Numbered from the stretch's first letter, positions 39,652-50,933 are shown. The stretch: 64,000 nucleotides of DNA from an uncultured Gemmatimonadaceae bacterium (GCA_963817955.1 CAWFQK010000002.1:32001-96000), one strand, 5' to 3'. Notes: generated from the sequence alone by a model not told the origin. Numbers and translations are program-made.

Positions 39652-42507
39652 ATGCACCATCACGATCCCCATCATGACCATGACCATGACCACGACCACG
39701 ACCACGACCATGACGACGATGTAACGCGCCGAAGCTTCCTCAAGGCGGCGCTCGGCGCGAGCATGGCGGCGCTCGCCGGTCTTGATGGGTGCACGCGCAT
39801 GCCAGCGGAGAAGATCTTCCCGTATGTCAACCAGCCGCCCGAGCTGACACCCGGCGTTGCGGTACACTACGCGACGTCAATGGTGCTCGACGGGTATGCG
39901 ACCGGGCTGATCGTCGAAGCACATGAAGGCCGGCCGACGAAGATCGAGGGGAATCCCGACCACCCCGCCAGCCTCGGTGCGTCCGGCATGCTCGAGCAGG
40001 CATCGCTGCTGCAGCTCTATGACCCGGACCGCGCGAGTCGCGTGCGATCCGGATCGTCAACGGAGAGTTGGCCAGCCTTCGCGTCGGCAATGGCCCCCTC
40101 GGCATTGCGGCCACGCGTCGGCGCGCGAGGCGCAGGGTTGGCATTGCTGCTCGAGCCAACCTCGTCGCCACTCATTGCCGCGCGAGTCGACGCACTGCAC
40201 ACGATCTATCCCGACATGCGCGTCTTCTACTACGCGCCCTTGCAAGCGGGCACCAGCGATGCGGCATTCACGAGTGCCGGCGTGATCCCGCAATTCGCCA
40301 TTCGCGATGCCAGGGTCATCCTCAGCGCCGGATCGGACTTCCTCGCCACGGGTCCATTCCATCTTCGTTACGCACGCGACTTCGCCGATGGACGACGCGT
40401 TCCGGCCAGTGGCATGAACCGGCTGTACGTAGCGGAGTGTGATTACACCGTGACGGGAGGCGCGGCGGACCACCGACTCCCGTGTCGACCGGAAGATCTC
40501 GAGTCCCTGCTGGAGTCTGTGCTCACCCTCCTACGTGGCGGCACCGGCACGTCAGCGTGGAGCACTGCCGTGGGCGCCGACTTGAAGGCGAATGCCGGGC
40601 GAAGCCTCGTCATTGCCGGTGAACGCCAACGCCCGCGCGTGCACGCGCTCGTCGCAGCGATCAATGATACGCTTGGCAACACGGGACGAACCGTTTGGTT
40701 CACGCGATCGTTGCTCCCGGGTGCGGGTGAGGCGAACGCGTCGATCTCCGCATTGGCCGGCGCCATCGCTGGTGGCGGGATCGACACGCTCGTGTGCATC
40801 GGCGGCAATCCGTCATACGCGACCCCGGGCGCGCTGCAGTTTTCGACGCTGCTCCGCCGCGTGCCGAACACCGCGTACGTCGGGCTCTATGAGAACGAGA
40901 CTGCGCGCGACTCCAAATGGTTCGTACCCGCCTCGCATTATCTCGAATCGTGGGGCGACGCGCGCGCCTACGATGGCACGTACTCCATCGTTCAGCCCCT
41001 GGTCCAACCGCTTCACGGCGGCAAGTCACCAGCCGACGTGCTGTCCGCATTGGCGGGCCAACCTTCGGTCGATTCCCGCGTGCTGCTACGCGATGTCGCA
41101 TTCAAGAATGATGTCGAGGCGACGGACGCGGGTTGGGCGGCCGCGCTCGGTCGCGGATTTGTCGTTGGGCCGGCGCTTTCGCACGTCACGGCTGTCCCGC
41201 GTGCCGAGTTGCTCATGCCAAGAGGCGGCACGGCAAGTGAAGCCGGCGCCCTCACGATCGTCTTCGAGCGAGACGCACGGGTGCACGATGGGTCGTTTGC
41301 CAACAACGGATGGCTGCAGGAGCTCCCGGATCCGATCACCAAGCTCACGTGGGACAACGCGGCGCTGCTGAATCCTCGAGACGCCGGGCGACTGGGGGTC
41401 TCGACCGGCGACGTCGTCCAGTTGTCGCACGGCAGTGCTTCGCTCCGCATACCAGCGATCGTCGTCCCCGGACACGCGGCAGGCGCGGCGACGGTGCGTT
41501 TCGGGTACGGGCGAGCGGGAGCGGAGTCCGTGGCGCGCGGTGTAGGTGTGAATGTCAACGTCCTGTGGCCAGCCCCGGACATGTTCGTGCTGAGCGACGT
41601 CGCGATCGCTCGGGCACCGGGTGGCGAACATCACGACTTCGCGATCACGCAATGGCATTGGACCATGGAAGGGCGCGGCCAAGCGAGAGAGGGTACGCTC
41701 GCGGCGTACCAGGCGGGGCATGGCGCGAACGTCAGGCGACAGCGACGTACGCTCACGATCTATGATCCGCCGCACCGTCTGGACGCGCCTCAACAGTGGG
41801 CGATGACGATCGATCTCGGGACCTGCATCGGCTGCAGCGCCTGCGTCGTGGCCTGCCAATCAGAGAACAACATTCCCGTCGTCGGTCCGGAGGATGTCGC
41901 CAAGTCTCGCGAGATGCAATGGCTCCGCATCGATCGCTACCTCGAAGGTCCCGAGGATGATCCGCGTGCGATCACGCAGCCGATGCTCTGCCAGCATTGC
42001 GAGAATGCGCCGTGCGAGTACGTGTGCCCGGTGGGCGCCACGACACACAGCGCCGATGGACTCAACGAGATGGTGTACAATCGATGCGTCGGCACGCGGT
42101 TCTGCTCGAACAACTGCCCGTACAAGGTGCGGCGCTTCAACTGGTTTGACTACAACGCACGCCTGAGCGAGACGGAGCAGCTCGGCAAGAACCCGGACGT
42201 CACGGTGCGCGAACGCGGCGTGATGGAGAAATGCACGTTTTGCGTGCAACGCATTCGCGAGGCAGAGATCGCGTCCGGAATTGACGGCCGGCCTCTCCGC
42301 GGGAGCGAGGTCAGGACGGCGTGCCAGCAGGCTTGTCCAACGAACGCGATCGTGTTCGGGTCCCTCACCGAGCCTGATTCTCCAGTCGTCCGCCAGCGCG
42401 ACGACCCGCGGGCGTATGCCGTGCTCGCCGAGCTCGGCACTGTTCCGCGCATCGAATACTTGGCCCGTGTGCGCAACGTGAACCCTGCATTGGAGCCGCG
42501 CGCGTGA
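39652..42507 (+). CDS. actB: Alternative complex III molybdopterin-like/FeS subunit
   Basis: TRRSFLK Tat motif, [53 protein letters not shown]. Confidence 0.93.
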   Translation: MHHHDPHHDHDHDHDHDHDHDDDVTRRSFLKAALGASMAALAGLDGCTRMPAEKIFPYVNQPPELTPGVAVHYATSMVLDGYATGLIVEAHEGRPTKIEGNPDHPASLGASGMLEQASLLQLYDPDRASRVRSGSSTESWPAFASAMAPSALRPRVGARGAGLALLLEPTSSPLIAARVDALHTIYPDMRVFYYAPLQAGTSDAAFTSAGVIPQFAIRDARVILSAGSDFLATGPFHLRYARDFADGRRVPASGMNRLYVAECDYTVTGGAADHRLPCRPEDLESLLESVLTLLRGGTGTSAWSTAVGADLKANAGRSLVIAGERQRPRVHALVAAINDTLGNTGRTVWFTRSLLPGAGEANASISALAGAIAGGGIDTLVCIGGNPSYATPGALQFSTLLRRVPNTAYVGLYENETARDSKWFVPASHYLESWGDARAYDGTYSIVQPLVQPLHGGKSPADVLSALAGQPSVDSRVLLRDVAFKNDVEATDAGWAAALGRGFVVGPALSHVTAVPRAELLMPRGGTASEAGALTIVFERDARVHDGSFANNGWLQELPDPITKLTWDNAALLNPRDAGRLGVSTGDVVQLSHGSASLRIPAIVVPGHAAGAATVRFGYGRAGAESVARGVGVNVNVLWPAPDMFVLSDVAIARAPGGEHHDFAITQWHWTMEGRGQAREGTLAAYQAGHGANVRRQRRTLTIYDPPHRLDAPQQWAMTIDLGTCIGCSACVVACQSENNIPVVGPEDVAKSREMQWLRIDRYLEGPEDDPRAITQPMLCQHCENAPCEYVCPVGATTHSADGLNEMVYNRCVGTRFCSNNCPYKVRRFNWFDYNARLSETEQLGKNPDVTVRERGVMEKCTFCVQRIREAEIASGIDGRPLRGSEVRTACQQACPTNAIVFGSLTEPDSPVVRQRDDPRAYAVLAELGTVPRIEYLARVRNVNPALEPRA

Positions 42508-43925
42508 GTATCGCCGTCCGACCCGTATCGGGATCCTCCACTCATGGCAGCGATCAGTGGCCGGTGATGCGTGGCCAACCGGCGGCGGGGGCGCTGACAG
42601 ACCATCTCCTCGCCCCCTTATGGCGCACATCGCCGGCCTGGTGGTTTCTCTTCGGCCTGTCGTCGCTGGGCACGCTGCTCCTGCTCGTGACCGTCACGTA
42701 CACGGTTGCGAGAGGAATTGGCGTCTGGGGCAACAACATCCCGGTCGCATGGGCGTTCGCGATTACGAACTTCGTCTGGTGGATCGGGATCGGTCACGCC
42801 GGCACGTTCATCTCGGCATTTCTCATCCTGCTCAACCAGCGTTGGCGCGGCTCCATCAATCGCGTCGCCGAGGCGATGACGATCTTCGCGCTCGTCAACG
42901 CGGCGCTGTTCCCGGTGCTGCACCTCGGACGGCCGTGGTTCTTCTACTGGCTCGTTCCCTACCCGGCCACGATGAACGTGTGGCCGAACTTCAAGAGTGC
43001 GTTGCCGTGGGACGTCTCGGCGGTCACGACGTACTTCACGGTGTCACTGCTCTTCTGGTATCTCGGGTTGGTGCCGGATCTGGCGTCGGCGCGCGATACG
43101 GCGCCGACGCGGGCCAAGCGGCTCATCTACGGCGTGTTTGCCATGGGCTGGCGCGGTTCCAGCTTTCAGTGGCAGCGGCATCGCGTGGCCTACATACTGC
43201 TCGCGGGCCTTGCTACCCCGCTCGTCATTTCGGTGCACAGCGTCGTGAGCCTCGACTTCAGTATCGCGCAGTTGCCTGGCTGGCACTCGACGATCTTCCC
43301 GCCGTACTTCGTCGTCGGTGCCATCTACTCCGGGCTGGCGATGGTATTCGTGCTGTTGCTGCCGGTGCGCCGCGCGTTTGCGTTGCATGACATCATCACC
43401 AAGGCGCACCTCGACGCAATGGCCAAGCTGATGCTGACGATGGGCCTCATGCTCACGTACAGCTACGTCATCGAGACGTTCATGGCGTGGTACAGTGACA
43501 ACGCGGCCGAACGATACACGTATCTCATTGCTCGCCCGGCAGGTCCGTACGCCATCGCCTATTGGATCATGACTGTGCTCAACGTCGGTACGCCTCAGCT
43601 CTTCTGGGTGCGCCGGTTTCGCACGAGCCCTGCGGTCTTGTTCGTCGCCTCGATCGGCATTCTGGTCGGCATGTGGATGGAACGGTTCATCATCATCGTC
43701 ACGTCGCTCAATCGCGACTTTCTCACGTCGAGCTGGCACCTCTACGTGCCAACGTGGGTGGACTGGGGCATCCTTACGGGTAGTCTCGGACTGTTTGGCT
43801 TCCTGTTCCTCCTGTTCGTGCGGTTCGTTCCGAGCGTGGCGATCAGCGAAGTGAAGGCACTGAGTATCAAGCTCGCCGCTAGCGCCGCTGCAGCACAGCG
43901 CGCCGGGAAGCCGAACGATGCGTGA
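42504..43925 (+). CDS. actC: Alternative complex III NrfD-like quinol-binding subunit
   Basis: [26 protein letters not shown]. Confidence 0.93.
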   Translation: MSIAVRPVSGSSTHGSDQWPVMRGQPAAGALTDHLLAPLWRTSPAWWFLFGLSSLGTLLLLVTVTYTVARGIGVWGNNIPVAWAFAITNFVWWIGIGHAGTFISAFLILLNQRWRGSINRVAEAMTIFALVNAALFPVLHLGRPWFFYWLVPYPATMNVWPNFKSALPWDVSAVTTYFTVSLLFWYLGLVPDLASARDTAPTRAKRLIYGVFAMGWRGSSFQWQRHRVAYILLAGLATPLVISVHSVVSLDFSIAQLPGWHSTIFPPYFVVGAIYSGLAMVFVLLLPVRRAFALHDIITKAHLDAMAKLMLTMGLMLTYSYVIETFMAWYSDNAAERYTYLIARPAGPYAIAYWIMTVLNVGTPQLFWVRRFRTSPAVLFVASIGILVGMWMERFIIIVTSLNRDFLTSSWHLYVPTWVDWGILTGSLGLFGFLFLLFVRFVPSVAISEVKALSIKLAASAAAAQRAGKPNDA

Positions 43926-44457
43926 TCGAACGTGGAGCAGTGGCGCCTATCTCGCCGAGTTCGGGTCGGCAGACGAGGCTCGGCGCGCCATCCAGGCGCT
44001 CGAAGAACATGGCTACACAGGCATCGAGACGTATTCGCCCGTCCCGATCACGCACGGGCTGAAGCAGAGCAGGTCTCGACTTCCCATAGTGGTCTTTCTC
44101 GCCGGACTGGGCGGCGGCATCGCGAGCTATGCAATTCAATGGTATGCCGACGCCTACGCGTACCCACTCGACATCGGCGGCCGACCCGCCCACGCCGTTC
44201 CCGCCTTCATCATTCCGACGTTCGAGGGCACGGTACTGTGCGCAGCACTTGCTGCTTTCTTTGGATTCTTCGTCATCACACGACTGCCGCAGCCATATCA
44301 TCCCGTGTTCGAGATCGATGGATTCGAGCGCGCCACCGTCGATCGCTACTGGATCGCAGTCGATGCAGCCGATCACCGCTCTTCTCCGGACCTGACCCCG
44401 CGGGAGCTCTATCGGCTCGATCCGCTTCGAGTGGTCACGCTCGAGGCCGCGACATGA
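43918..44457 (+). CDS. actD: Alternative complex III subunit (DUF3341)
   Basis: YSPVP..GL, IGGRP..PAF..PTFE. Confidence 0.9.
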   Translation: MRDRTWSSGAYLAEFGSADEARRAIQALEEHGYTGIETYSPVPITHGLKQSRSRLPIVVFLAGLGGGIASYAIQWYADAYAYPLDIGGRPAHAVPAFIIPTFEGTVLCAALAAFFGFFVITRLPQPYHPVFEIDGFERATVDRYWIAVDAADHRSSPDLTPRELYRLDPLRVVTLEAAT

Positions 44458-45098
44458 CCCGAACGCTGCGCTGGCCGGTCGTGATCCTTGTCGCGCTCGT
44501 GGCAGGATGTACAGCGTCCCGCGAACGCGAGCGCGTCGACTTCGAGCGAATGCGTATCCAGCAACGATACGGCCTGTACGGCGCGAGCAGGGTCTTTTCC
44601 AACGGGCAGAGCATGCAGCAGCCACCAGCAGGGACGGTGAGCCGTGAGGCAGCAGCACAGATGCTCAGCACCGGCATAGATGAAGCGGATTCAGCGTCCA
44701 CAGTCAGCGTGACCACCATTCCCTTGCCTGTGACACCGGCCTTGTTGGACCGCGGCCGAAACCGCTTCGCCATCTATTGTGCAGTGTGCCACGGCGCGGG
44801 GGGCTTTGGAGGCAGCCTCGTCGCGGCGAACATGGGCCAGCCACGTCCGCCGTCGCTGCGCACGGCCATGATGCGCACGCATCCAGTGGGATACATCTTC
44901 GGTGTGGCAACGCACGGCAAGGGGCGCATGCCCCCGTACGCGCCGCAACTCACGCCTGACGATCGCTGGGCGATTGTCGCGTACATTCGGCAACTGCAGG
45001 CGACTGGAGCGCTGACGCCTGACGAACGCGCCGACTCGCTCCGCGCCCAACAACTCCGTACGATCGATTCGATCGCGGCGGCGGAGCGTCCGCGATGA
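44454..45098 (+). CDS. actE: Alternative complex III monoheme cytochrome c lipoprotein
   Basis: ATG 44454, lipobox VAGC, CAVCH, GRMP, DRWAIVAYIR. Confidence 0.9.
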   Translation: MTRTLRWPVVILVALVAGCTASRERERVDFERMRIQQRYGLYGASRVFSNGQSMQQPPAGTVSREAAAQMLSTGIDEADSASTVSVTTIPLPVTPALLDRGRNRFAIYCAVCHGAGGFGGSLVAANMGQPRPPSLRTAMMRTHPVGYIFGVATHGKGRMPPYAPQLTPDDRWAIVAYIRQLQATGALTPDERADSLRAQQLRTIDSIAAAERPR

Positions 45099-46255
45099 AG
45101 GCCCCGCTGCCGACATCATGGATCCGTGTTGCGCTCGTTGGCGCAATCTGCATGATCGTGGGTTTCATCGTCGCGCCTGCGCGCGCAGCCGCCGCCTACC
45201 TCGTCGCGTATGGTGCCTGCGTCGGCGTGGCACTCGGCGCGCTGGCCCTCGTGATGATCGCGCGAGTCACAGCCGCCAATTGGTTCGTTGCCATTCGCCG
45301 GCAGGCGGAGCAGATCATGGCGACCTTGCCGGTGTTTGCGCTGCTGCTCATACCGGTGCTGCTGTCGAGTCGTCTCCTCTACCGATGGACCGCGCCGAAT
45401 GAGCGGCTGCCCGAAACGACTCGCGTGGCGGTTCACGCCACGGCGGCGTATTTGAACACCCCGTTCTTCGTGGTGCGAGCGCTCGTCTATTTCGGCGTAT
45501 GGATACTCATTTCCACGTTGCTGCGGCGTGCCTCGCTGGCACAGGATCGCGGGGATTCGCCGGCGCTCGAGCGACGCATGTACGTGGTGAGCGCCATCGG
45601 GTTGGTCGCGTTTGCGTTCACCGTGAGCTTCGCGGCCTTCGACTGGTTCATGTCATTGTCGCCAGGATGGTACTCGACGATTTACGGCATCGATTACTTC
45701 GCCGGGGCCATGGTCGGCGCGCTGGCACTCGTCACCGTTATTGTCGCGGCCGAGCGCCGCCATGGCGTGCTGCCGTCTGAGATCGGCTCCGATCACTTCC
45801 ATGCGCTTGCCAAACTGCTGCTCACCTTCGTGTTGTTCTGGGTCTACATCGGCTTCGCGCAATTGATCGTGATCTGGAGCGCTGAGATCCCCGCAGAGCG
45901 CGGCTGGTACGCATTGCGCATGCGTGGCGGTTGGCGCGTACTCGGCGCGATCGTGCTGCTCGGCCACTTCGCCCTTCCCTTCTGTGCGCTGCTCGTCCGC
46001 GCCATCAAACGCAGCCCAAGCGCGATGGCGATCATTGGGGCGTGCCTGCTCGTCGTGCACTATCTCGACATGTATTGGGTGGCCATGCCCGACGCGCCGT
46101 TTACCGGCGGGTGGGGTGTGGCGCTCGACGCTGGCGCATTGCTGTTCATCGCCGGCACTGCCGGTGCCACATGGGTGATACGGCGTGCCGGCGAGCCGAG
46201 CGTCGCCGAGGGCGATCCGCGATTGCCCGACTCGCTCCAGTACTCCGTCGAATAG
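45095..46255 (+). CDS. actF: Alternative complex III membrane subunit
   Basis: YLN.PFF, DWFMSL.PGWYST, Q..VIW...P.E. Confidence 0.88.
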   Translation: MKAPLPTSWIRVALVGAICMIVGFIVAPARAAAAYLVAYGACVGVALGALALVMIARVTAANWFVAIRRQAEQIMATLPVFALLLIPVLLSSRLLYRWTAPNERLPETTRVAVHATAAYLNTPFFVVRALVYFGVWILISTLLRRASLAQDRGDSPALERRMYVVSAIGLVAFAFTVSFAAFDWFMSLSPGWYSTIYGIDYFAGAMVGALALVTVIVAAERRHGVLPSEIGSDHFHALAKLLLTFVLFWVYIGFAQLIVIWSAEIPAERGWYALRMRGGWRVLGAIVLLGHFALPFCALLVRAIKRSPSAMAIIGACLLVVHYLDMYWVAMPDAPFTGGWGVALDAGALLFIAGTAGATWVIRRAGEPSVAEGDPRLPDSLQYSVE

Positions 46256-46264
46256 AGGCTGGCG

Positions 46265-46765
46265 ATGAAGGTGAGGCGCGCGCTCTTTTCCGGTGTCATC
46301 GGATCCGTACTCGTCCTGATTCTCGTGTGGATGGGCGGCAGGCTCGGCGACGCCGACGCCGACCTCGCGGCATTGACTGCCGCTGTGCTGTTCCGAAACG
46401 CCGCTGGCGCCGCTTGGGTCGGAGGGTTCGTCGCACAACTCATCGTCGGCGCGATCGCCGGCGTGGTGTACTGCGGAATCTTCGAGCTCGTGACCGAGCG
46501 CGCGGGTGCGTGGATCGGCCTCGCGGTCGCGATTCCGCACGCGATCATCGCGGGCCTCGCCGTCGGCTTTCTGCCGGCACACCGGATGCTCGATGCAGGC
46601 GTCGCGCCTCCGGGTGCATTTTATGAGTTTCGTGGTGCTTGGTGCATCGCGGCCTTCGTGCTCGCCCACCTTGCGTTTGGATGCTCGATCGGCGCCATGT
46701 ATGGGCAAACGACACACACCTACGCTCGCGTGCGACGGCATTGGGCCGAGGCGTCACGCGTCTGA
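46265..46765 (+). CDS. Hypothetical multi-TM membrane protein
   Basis: About four hydrophobic helices, two intramembrane His, GAGG RBS. Confidence 0.7.
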   Translation: MKVRRALFSGVIGSVLVLILVWMGGRLGDADADLAALTAAVLFRNAAGAAWVGGFVAQLIVGAIAGVVYCGIFELVTERAGAWIGLAVAIPHAIIAGLAVGFLPAHRMLDAGVAPPGAFYEFRGAWCIAAFVLAHLAFGCSIGAMYGQTTHTYARVRRHWAEASRV

Positions 46766-46780
46766 TGAGGCTCGGCGGGT

Positions 46781-46796
46781 CGGTATGCTTTTTGTA
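46781..46796 (+). promoter_or_regulatory. Sigma54-like promoter (-12 GT variant)
   Basis: CGGTATGCTTTTTGTA; near-identical to 30778. Confidence 0.55.
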
Positions 46797-46858
46797 CATC
46801 GACGGTTCTCGCCGCAACCCGGCACTTCCACCCGGGCCTGCCGCTTTGGAGCGCTATC

Positions 46859-48757
46859 GTGACATCGATTGCCGACCGGATCAGTGAGGATGATCTCGCC
46901 CTCGAGCACCGACTCACCGATCTGTGGCAAACACCGCACAATTGGCTTGGGTGGCTGTCCACGGTCGATCACAAGACGCTTGGCAAGCGGTACATCTATA
47001 CGGCCTTTGGATTCTTCTTCCTCGGCGGTGTCGAAGCCACGATCATGCGCACCCAGTTGGCGCGCCCGGACAATCACCTCCTGTCACCCGGCGTGTACAA
47101 CCAGCTCATGACGATGCACGGCGTGACGATGATGTTCCTCTTCGTTCAGCCGGTGCTCTCGGGCTTCAGTTTCTATCTCACCCCGCTGATGATCGGTGCG
47201 CGCGAGTTGGCGTTTCCGCGGTTGAACGCGTTCAGCTATTACGTGTTCCTGCTCGCTGGCGTGTTCATGTACGCGAGCTTCGCCGTTGGACAGGCCCCGA
47301 ACGCCGGATGGTTCAACTACACCCCGCTCGCGAGCGTGAACTACAACCCCGGCTTCAACATCGACTTCTACTGCCTGGGACTGATGTTCCTGGGGATCGC
47401 GACAACCGTCGGATCCGCGAACTCGATCGTCACGATTCTCAAGCTTCGCGCGCCTGGCATGTCGATCGACCGCATGCCGCTGTTCATGTGGAGCTCGTTG
47501 ACGGTATCGGTGGCGGTGATCTTCTGCATGCCCCCACTCACCGCCGCGCTCGGCTTCCTCGAGTTGGAGCGCCGCTGGCACTTCGTGTTCTTCGACCCCA
47601 CGCATGGCGGATCTGCACTCCTCTGGCAGCACCTCTTCTGGGTGTTTGGTCATCCGTGGGTGTACGTCGTATTTCTGCCGGCCACGGGAATGCTCTCGAT
47701 GGTCATTCCCACGTTCTGCCGTCGGCCAATGGTCGGACACGTCTACATGGCTCTGGCGACGGTCGCGACTGGGCTGATCGGCTTCGGCGTATGGGTTCAC
47801 CACATGTTCGCGACCGGACTGCCGCAACTGTCCATGAGCTTCTTCGGGGCCGCGAGCATGACCGTCTCCATTCCCAGCGCGGTCACGATCTTTGGCTGGC
47901 TGGCCACGATGTGGTACGGCCGCGTGGTGTTCGCCACGCCAATGCTGTTCGCAATGGGGTTCATCTTTCAGTTCGTCATCGGAGGTATCAGTGGTGTGAT
48001 GACGGCCGCCGTGCCGTTCGATTGGCAGGTGACCGACACCTACTTCATCGTCGCGCACATTCACTACGTTCTCGCCGGCGGCACGCTGTTCGGCGTGATG
48101 GCGGCGATCTACTACTGGGCGCCGAAGATGTTCGGCGTCATGATGAGCGAAGCGCTCGGGAAGCTGAGCTTCTGGCTGATGTTCATCGGTTTCAACGTCG
48201 CCTTTTTTCCGATGCACATCAGTGGGCTCATCGGCATGCCACGCCGCGTGTACACCTACAGCGCCGCCAGCGGGTTCGCGTCGATGAATCTGCTCTCGAC
48301 GATCGGGACCTATATCCTCGCCGTCGGACTCCTGGTCACGCTCTGGAACTTCATTCGGAGCCGTCTCGCGGGCGCCCCCGCCGCCAGCAACCCATGGGGT
48401 GCGGCGTCGCTCGAGTGGCTCACGGCATCACCACCAGAGCATTTCGACTTTGCTCATATTCCTGTCGTTCACTCGCGTGAGCCACTCTGGGATGGCGGCT
48501 ACTCGCAAGGGCCCGCCTTTGACGAGGCGCGGCTCACGCCGCGCACGTCCGCGCTCGACGCGACGCTCGAGGAGCCGGTGGTGATGCCGACCGACAGCGT
48601 GTGGAGCATCCTCATGCCGTTCACCCTGCTGCTCGCCTGTGCGGCGCTGCTCGTGCATTCGTACACCTGGGCAGCGATCGGAGCCGCCGCGACTCTAATC
48701 TGCATGGCGCGCTGGATGTGGCCGAGTTCCGCGCGGGTGCTGAAGACTGAAGTATGA
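46859..48757 (+). CDS. ctaD: Heme-copper oxidase subunit I (atypical A-like)
   Basis: DHK, MHG, GHPWVY, VHHM, AHIHY, GMPRR; two extra C-terminal TMs. Confidence 0.93.
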   Translation: MTSIADRISEDDLALEHRLTDLWQTPHNWLGWLSTVDHKTLGKRYIYTAFGFFFLGGVEATIMRTQLARPDNHLLSPGVYNQLMTMHGVTMMFLFVQPVLSGFSFYLTPLMIGARELAFPRLNAFSYYVFLLAGVFMYASFAVGQAPNAGWFNYTPLASVNYNPGFNIDFYCLGLMFLGIATTVGSANSIVTILKLRAPGMSIDRMPLFMWSSLTVSVAVIFCMPPLTAALGFLELERRWHFVFFDPTHGGSALLWQHLFWVFGHPWVYVVFLPATGMLSMVIPTFCRRPMVGHVYMALATVATGLIGFGVWVHHMFATGLPQLSMSFFGAASMTVSIPSAVTIFGWLATMWYGRVVFATPMLFAMGFIFQFVIGGISGVMTAAVPFDWQVTDTYFIVAHIHYVLAGGTLFGVMAAIYYWAPKMFGVMMSEALGKLSFWLMFIGFNVAFFPMHISGLIGMPRRVYTYSAASGFASMNLLSTIGTYILAVGLLVTLWNFIRSRLAGAPAASNPWGAASLEWLTASPPEHFDFAHIPVVHSREPLWDGGYSQGPAFDEARLTPRTSALDATLEEPVVMPTDSVWSILMPFTLLLACAALLVHSYTWAAIGAAATLICMARWMWPSSARVLKTEV

Positions 48758-49323
48758 GTACTCTCAAGTCGCAGGTCGGCTGGTGGGGCATGGTCATCTT
48801 TCTCCTCAACGAGGGGGCGCTCTTCGCGTCACTGCTCGCCAGCTACTTCTATCTCGGCCTCGCGAACGCATTCTGGCCCCCCGCGGGAACACCGAAACCG
48901 GGGCTCACGCTGCCGCTCATCATGACGGCCGTCCTGCTCTCCAGCAGCGTCGTCTGCATCCTCGCCGAGCGAGCGCACACCCGCGGCAACAAGCCCGCGT
49001 ACCGGGCCGGCACGCTCGCGACCATGCTGCTCGGCCTCGTCTTCCTGCTGATCCAGGCGCGCGAGTACCACAATAAGCTCCAGCATGCCGGCCCAACCGG
49101 CCATGCGTACGAATCGATCTTCTTCACGATTACGGGCCTGCACGGGGCGCACGTCGCGTTTGGCCTGCTGTTCCTGGGCTGGGCGTTGCTGCGCGAGTGG
49201 CGCGGCACGGCGCCGCCTCGCCGCTCGCTCGCGATCAAGAATGCGTCGGCCTATTGGCACTTCGTCGACGGCGTGTGGCTGGCAATCCTGACGTCGCTGT
49301 ACCTCTCGCCGCGTTGGTACTAG
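48754..49323 (+). CDS. ctaE: Cytochrome c oxidase subunit III (short form)
   Basis: FLLNE, TGLHGAHV, YWHFVD. Confidence 0.92.
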   Translation: MSTLKSQVGWWGMVIFLLNEGALFASLLASYFYLGLANAFWPPAGTPKPGLTLPLIMTAVLLSSSVVCILAERAHTRGNKPAYRAGTLATMLLGLVFLLIQAREYHNKLQHAGPTGHAYESIFFTITGLHGAHVAFGLLFLGWALLREWRGTAPPRRSLAIKNASAYWHFVDGVWLAILTSLYLSPRWY

Positions 49324-49332
49324 GAGCCGCTC

Positions 49333-49761
49333 ATGACTGCCTCGCAAGCAACGCATGAAGCACGGCTGCAGGACCTGCCCGTCGGACTCACACGCTTGTG
49401 GGCTGGCGTTCTTGCCGCACCAATCGCTTGGGTCTTGATGGAAATGGTCGGCTACTATTTGGCAGCGCGGAGCTGCGAGCCGGGCACCGGCGGCGTTCCC
49501 TTGCTCGGCACCGCCGCGCCGCGCGTCACGCAGGTGGTGTTGGACGTCGTCGCGCTCGCGGCGGCGGTGTTTGGCCTGGTGCTCTCGATCGGAAGCCGGC
49601 GTGCCCTACAGCCGCAGCCCCCCCGTGACTCGACACCCGAACAGGGCCGCGCCCATTTCATGGCGCTCGTCGGTGTCTTCACGAGCGCACTCTTTATCGG
49701 CGGAATCGTCCTGTTCGGCATCCCGCCCTTTCTCGTGAACGCCTGCAGCCAGGCCCGCTGA
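49333..49761 (+). CDS. Hypothetical 3-TM protein of the oxidase cluster
   Basis: AGGAG RBS, AP.AW, two Cys, three TMs. Confidence 0.75.
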   Translation: MTASQATHEARLQDLPVGLTRLWAGVLAAPIAWVLMEMVGYYLAARSCEPGTGGVPLLGTAAPRVTQVVLDVVALAAAVFGLVLSIGSRRALQPQPPRDSTPEQGRAHFMALVGVFTSALFIGGIVLFGIPPFLVNACSQAR

Positions 49762-50921
49762 TGATCGCGGCCGCGTTGGCGCTGACGGCGCTCGTCTATG
49801 CACTTGGGCTGAGGGCCGCGTGGACGCGTGCCGGGAACGGGCGCGGTATCACGCGAGCGCAAGCGGCAGTATTCGCGGCGGGGCTGTTCGTCATTGCGGC
49901 GGCATTGCTGTCACCCCTCGACGCCATGGCTGATGATTTGTTCTCCGCGCACATGGTGCAACACCTCCTGCTTGCCGTCGTCGCGCCGCCCTTGTTGGTA
50001 TTCGGGGCGCCGTTCACCGCGGTCGTCTGGGCACTGCCGTTCCACCGGCGCCTCGCGGTCGTCCGTTTCGTTCAGCGTCGGACGGCTCTGCGCGCGCTAT
50101 GGCTCACGATAACGGCCCCCCGCCTCGGCTGGCTCCTACACCTTGTTGCGATGTGGGCGTGGCACGCACCGGCGCTGTTCCAGATGGCACTGCATAACGA
50201 CGCCATCCACGCAGCCGAGCATCTGTCGTTCGTAGGCACCGGCGTGCTCGTTTGGTGGCCAATCGCTCATCCGCGAACGGCGCGCCGTACGGCATACGCG
50301 CTTGGCATCGCAACGCTGTTCCTGACCGCGATGCAGACCGGCGTGCTCGGCGCACTCATCGCACTGTCGCACCACGTGCTCTATCCCGCGCAGGCAGCCG
50401 GCGCCGCGCGATGGGGACTATCGGCCATGGACGATCAAACGCTGGCGGGACTGATCATGTGGGTGCCCGGTGGACTGCTGTACGTGGCGGCGATGAGCGT
50501 GTTGTTCGTGAAGTGGCTGCAGCCAGCGAAGCCACGTCATGCGCCTGCACGTCTCGCGCCCTCGCTCGCGAGTTCCATTCTGGTGATGATCGTCATCACT
50601 GCCACGGCGTGCTCGGGCACCGACGTGAGCGTCGTTCCCGGGGGAGACGTCAGCCGCGGCAAACACGCGATTGAAGCGACGGGCTGCGGCGCCTGTCATA
50701 CGATCAGCGGCGTTCCGAACGCACACGGCGAGGTCGGCCCCCCACTCACCGGCATCGCTCGGCGCTCCATCATCGCGGGCGAACTCGCGAACACGCCGGA
50801 CAACATGATACGCTGGATCCAGAATCCGCAGTCGGTCGAGCCGAACACGGCGATGCCGAACCTCGGTGTCAATGCGCAGGCGGCGCGGGACATCACGGCC
50901 TACCTGTTCACGTTGCGCTGA
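49761..50921 (+). CDS. ctaG: Caa3_CtaG assembly factor fused to a cytochrome c domain
   Basis: SAHMVQH, WH, EH, DQ..AGLIMW then CGACH...AMP in one frame. Confidence 0.85.
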   Translation: MIAAALALTALVYALGLRAAWTRAGNGRGITRAQAAVFAAGLFVIAAALLSPLDAMADDLFSAHMVQHLLLAVVAPPLLVFGAPFTAVVWALPFHRRLAVVRFVQRRTALRALWLTITAPRLGWLLHLVAMWAWHAPALFQMALHNDAIHAAEHLSFVGTGVLVWWPIAHPRTARRTAYALGIATLFLTAMQTGVLGALIALSHHVLYPAQAAGAARWGLSAMDDQTLAGLIMWVPGGLLYVAAMSVLFVKWLQPAKPRHAPARLAPSLASSILVMIVITATACSGTDVSVVPGGDVSRGKHAIEATGCGACHTISGVPNAHGEVGPPLTGIARRSIIAGELANTPDNMIRWIQNPQSVEPNTAMPNLGVNAQAARDITAYLFTLR

Positions 50922-50933
50922 GCGACGAGTGAT

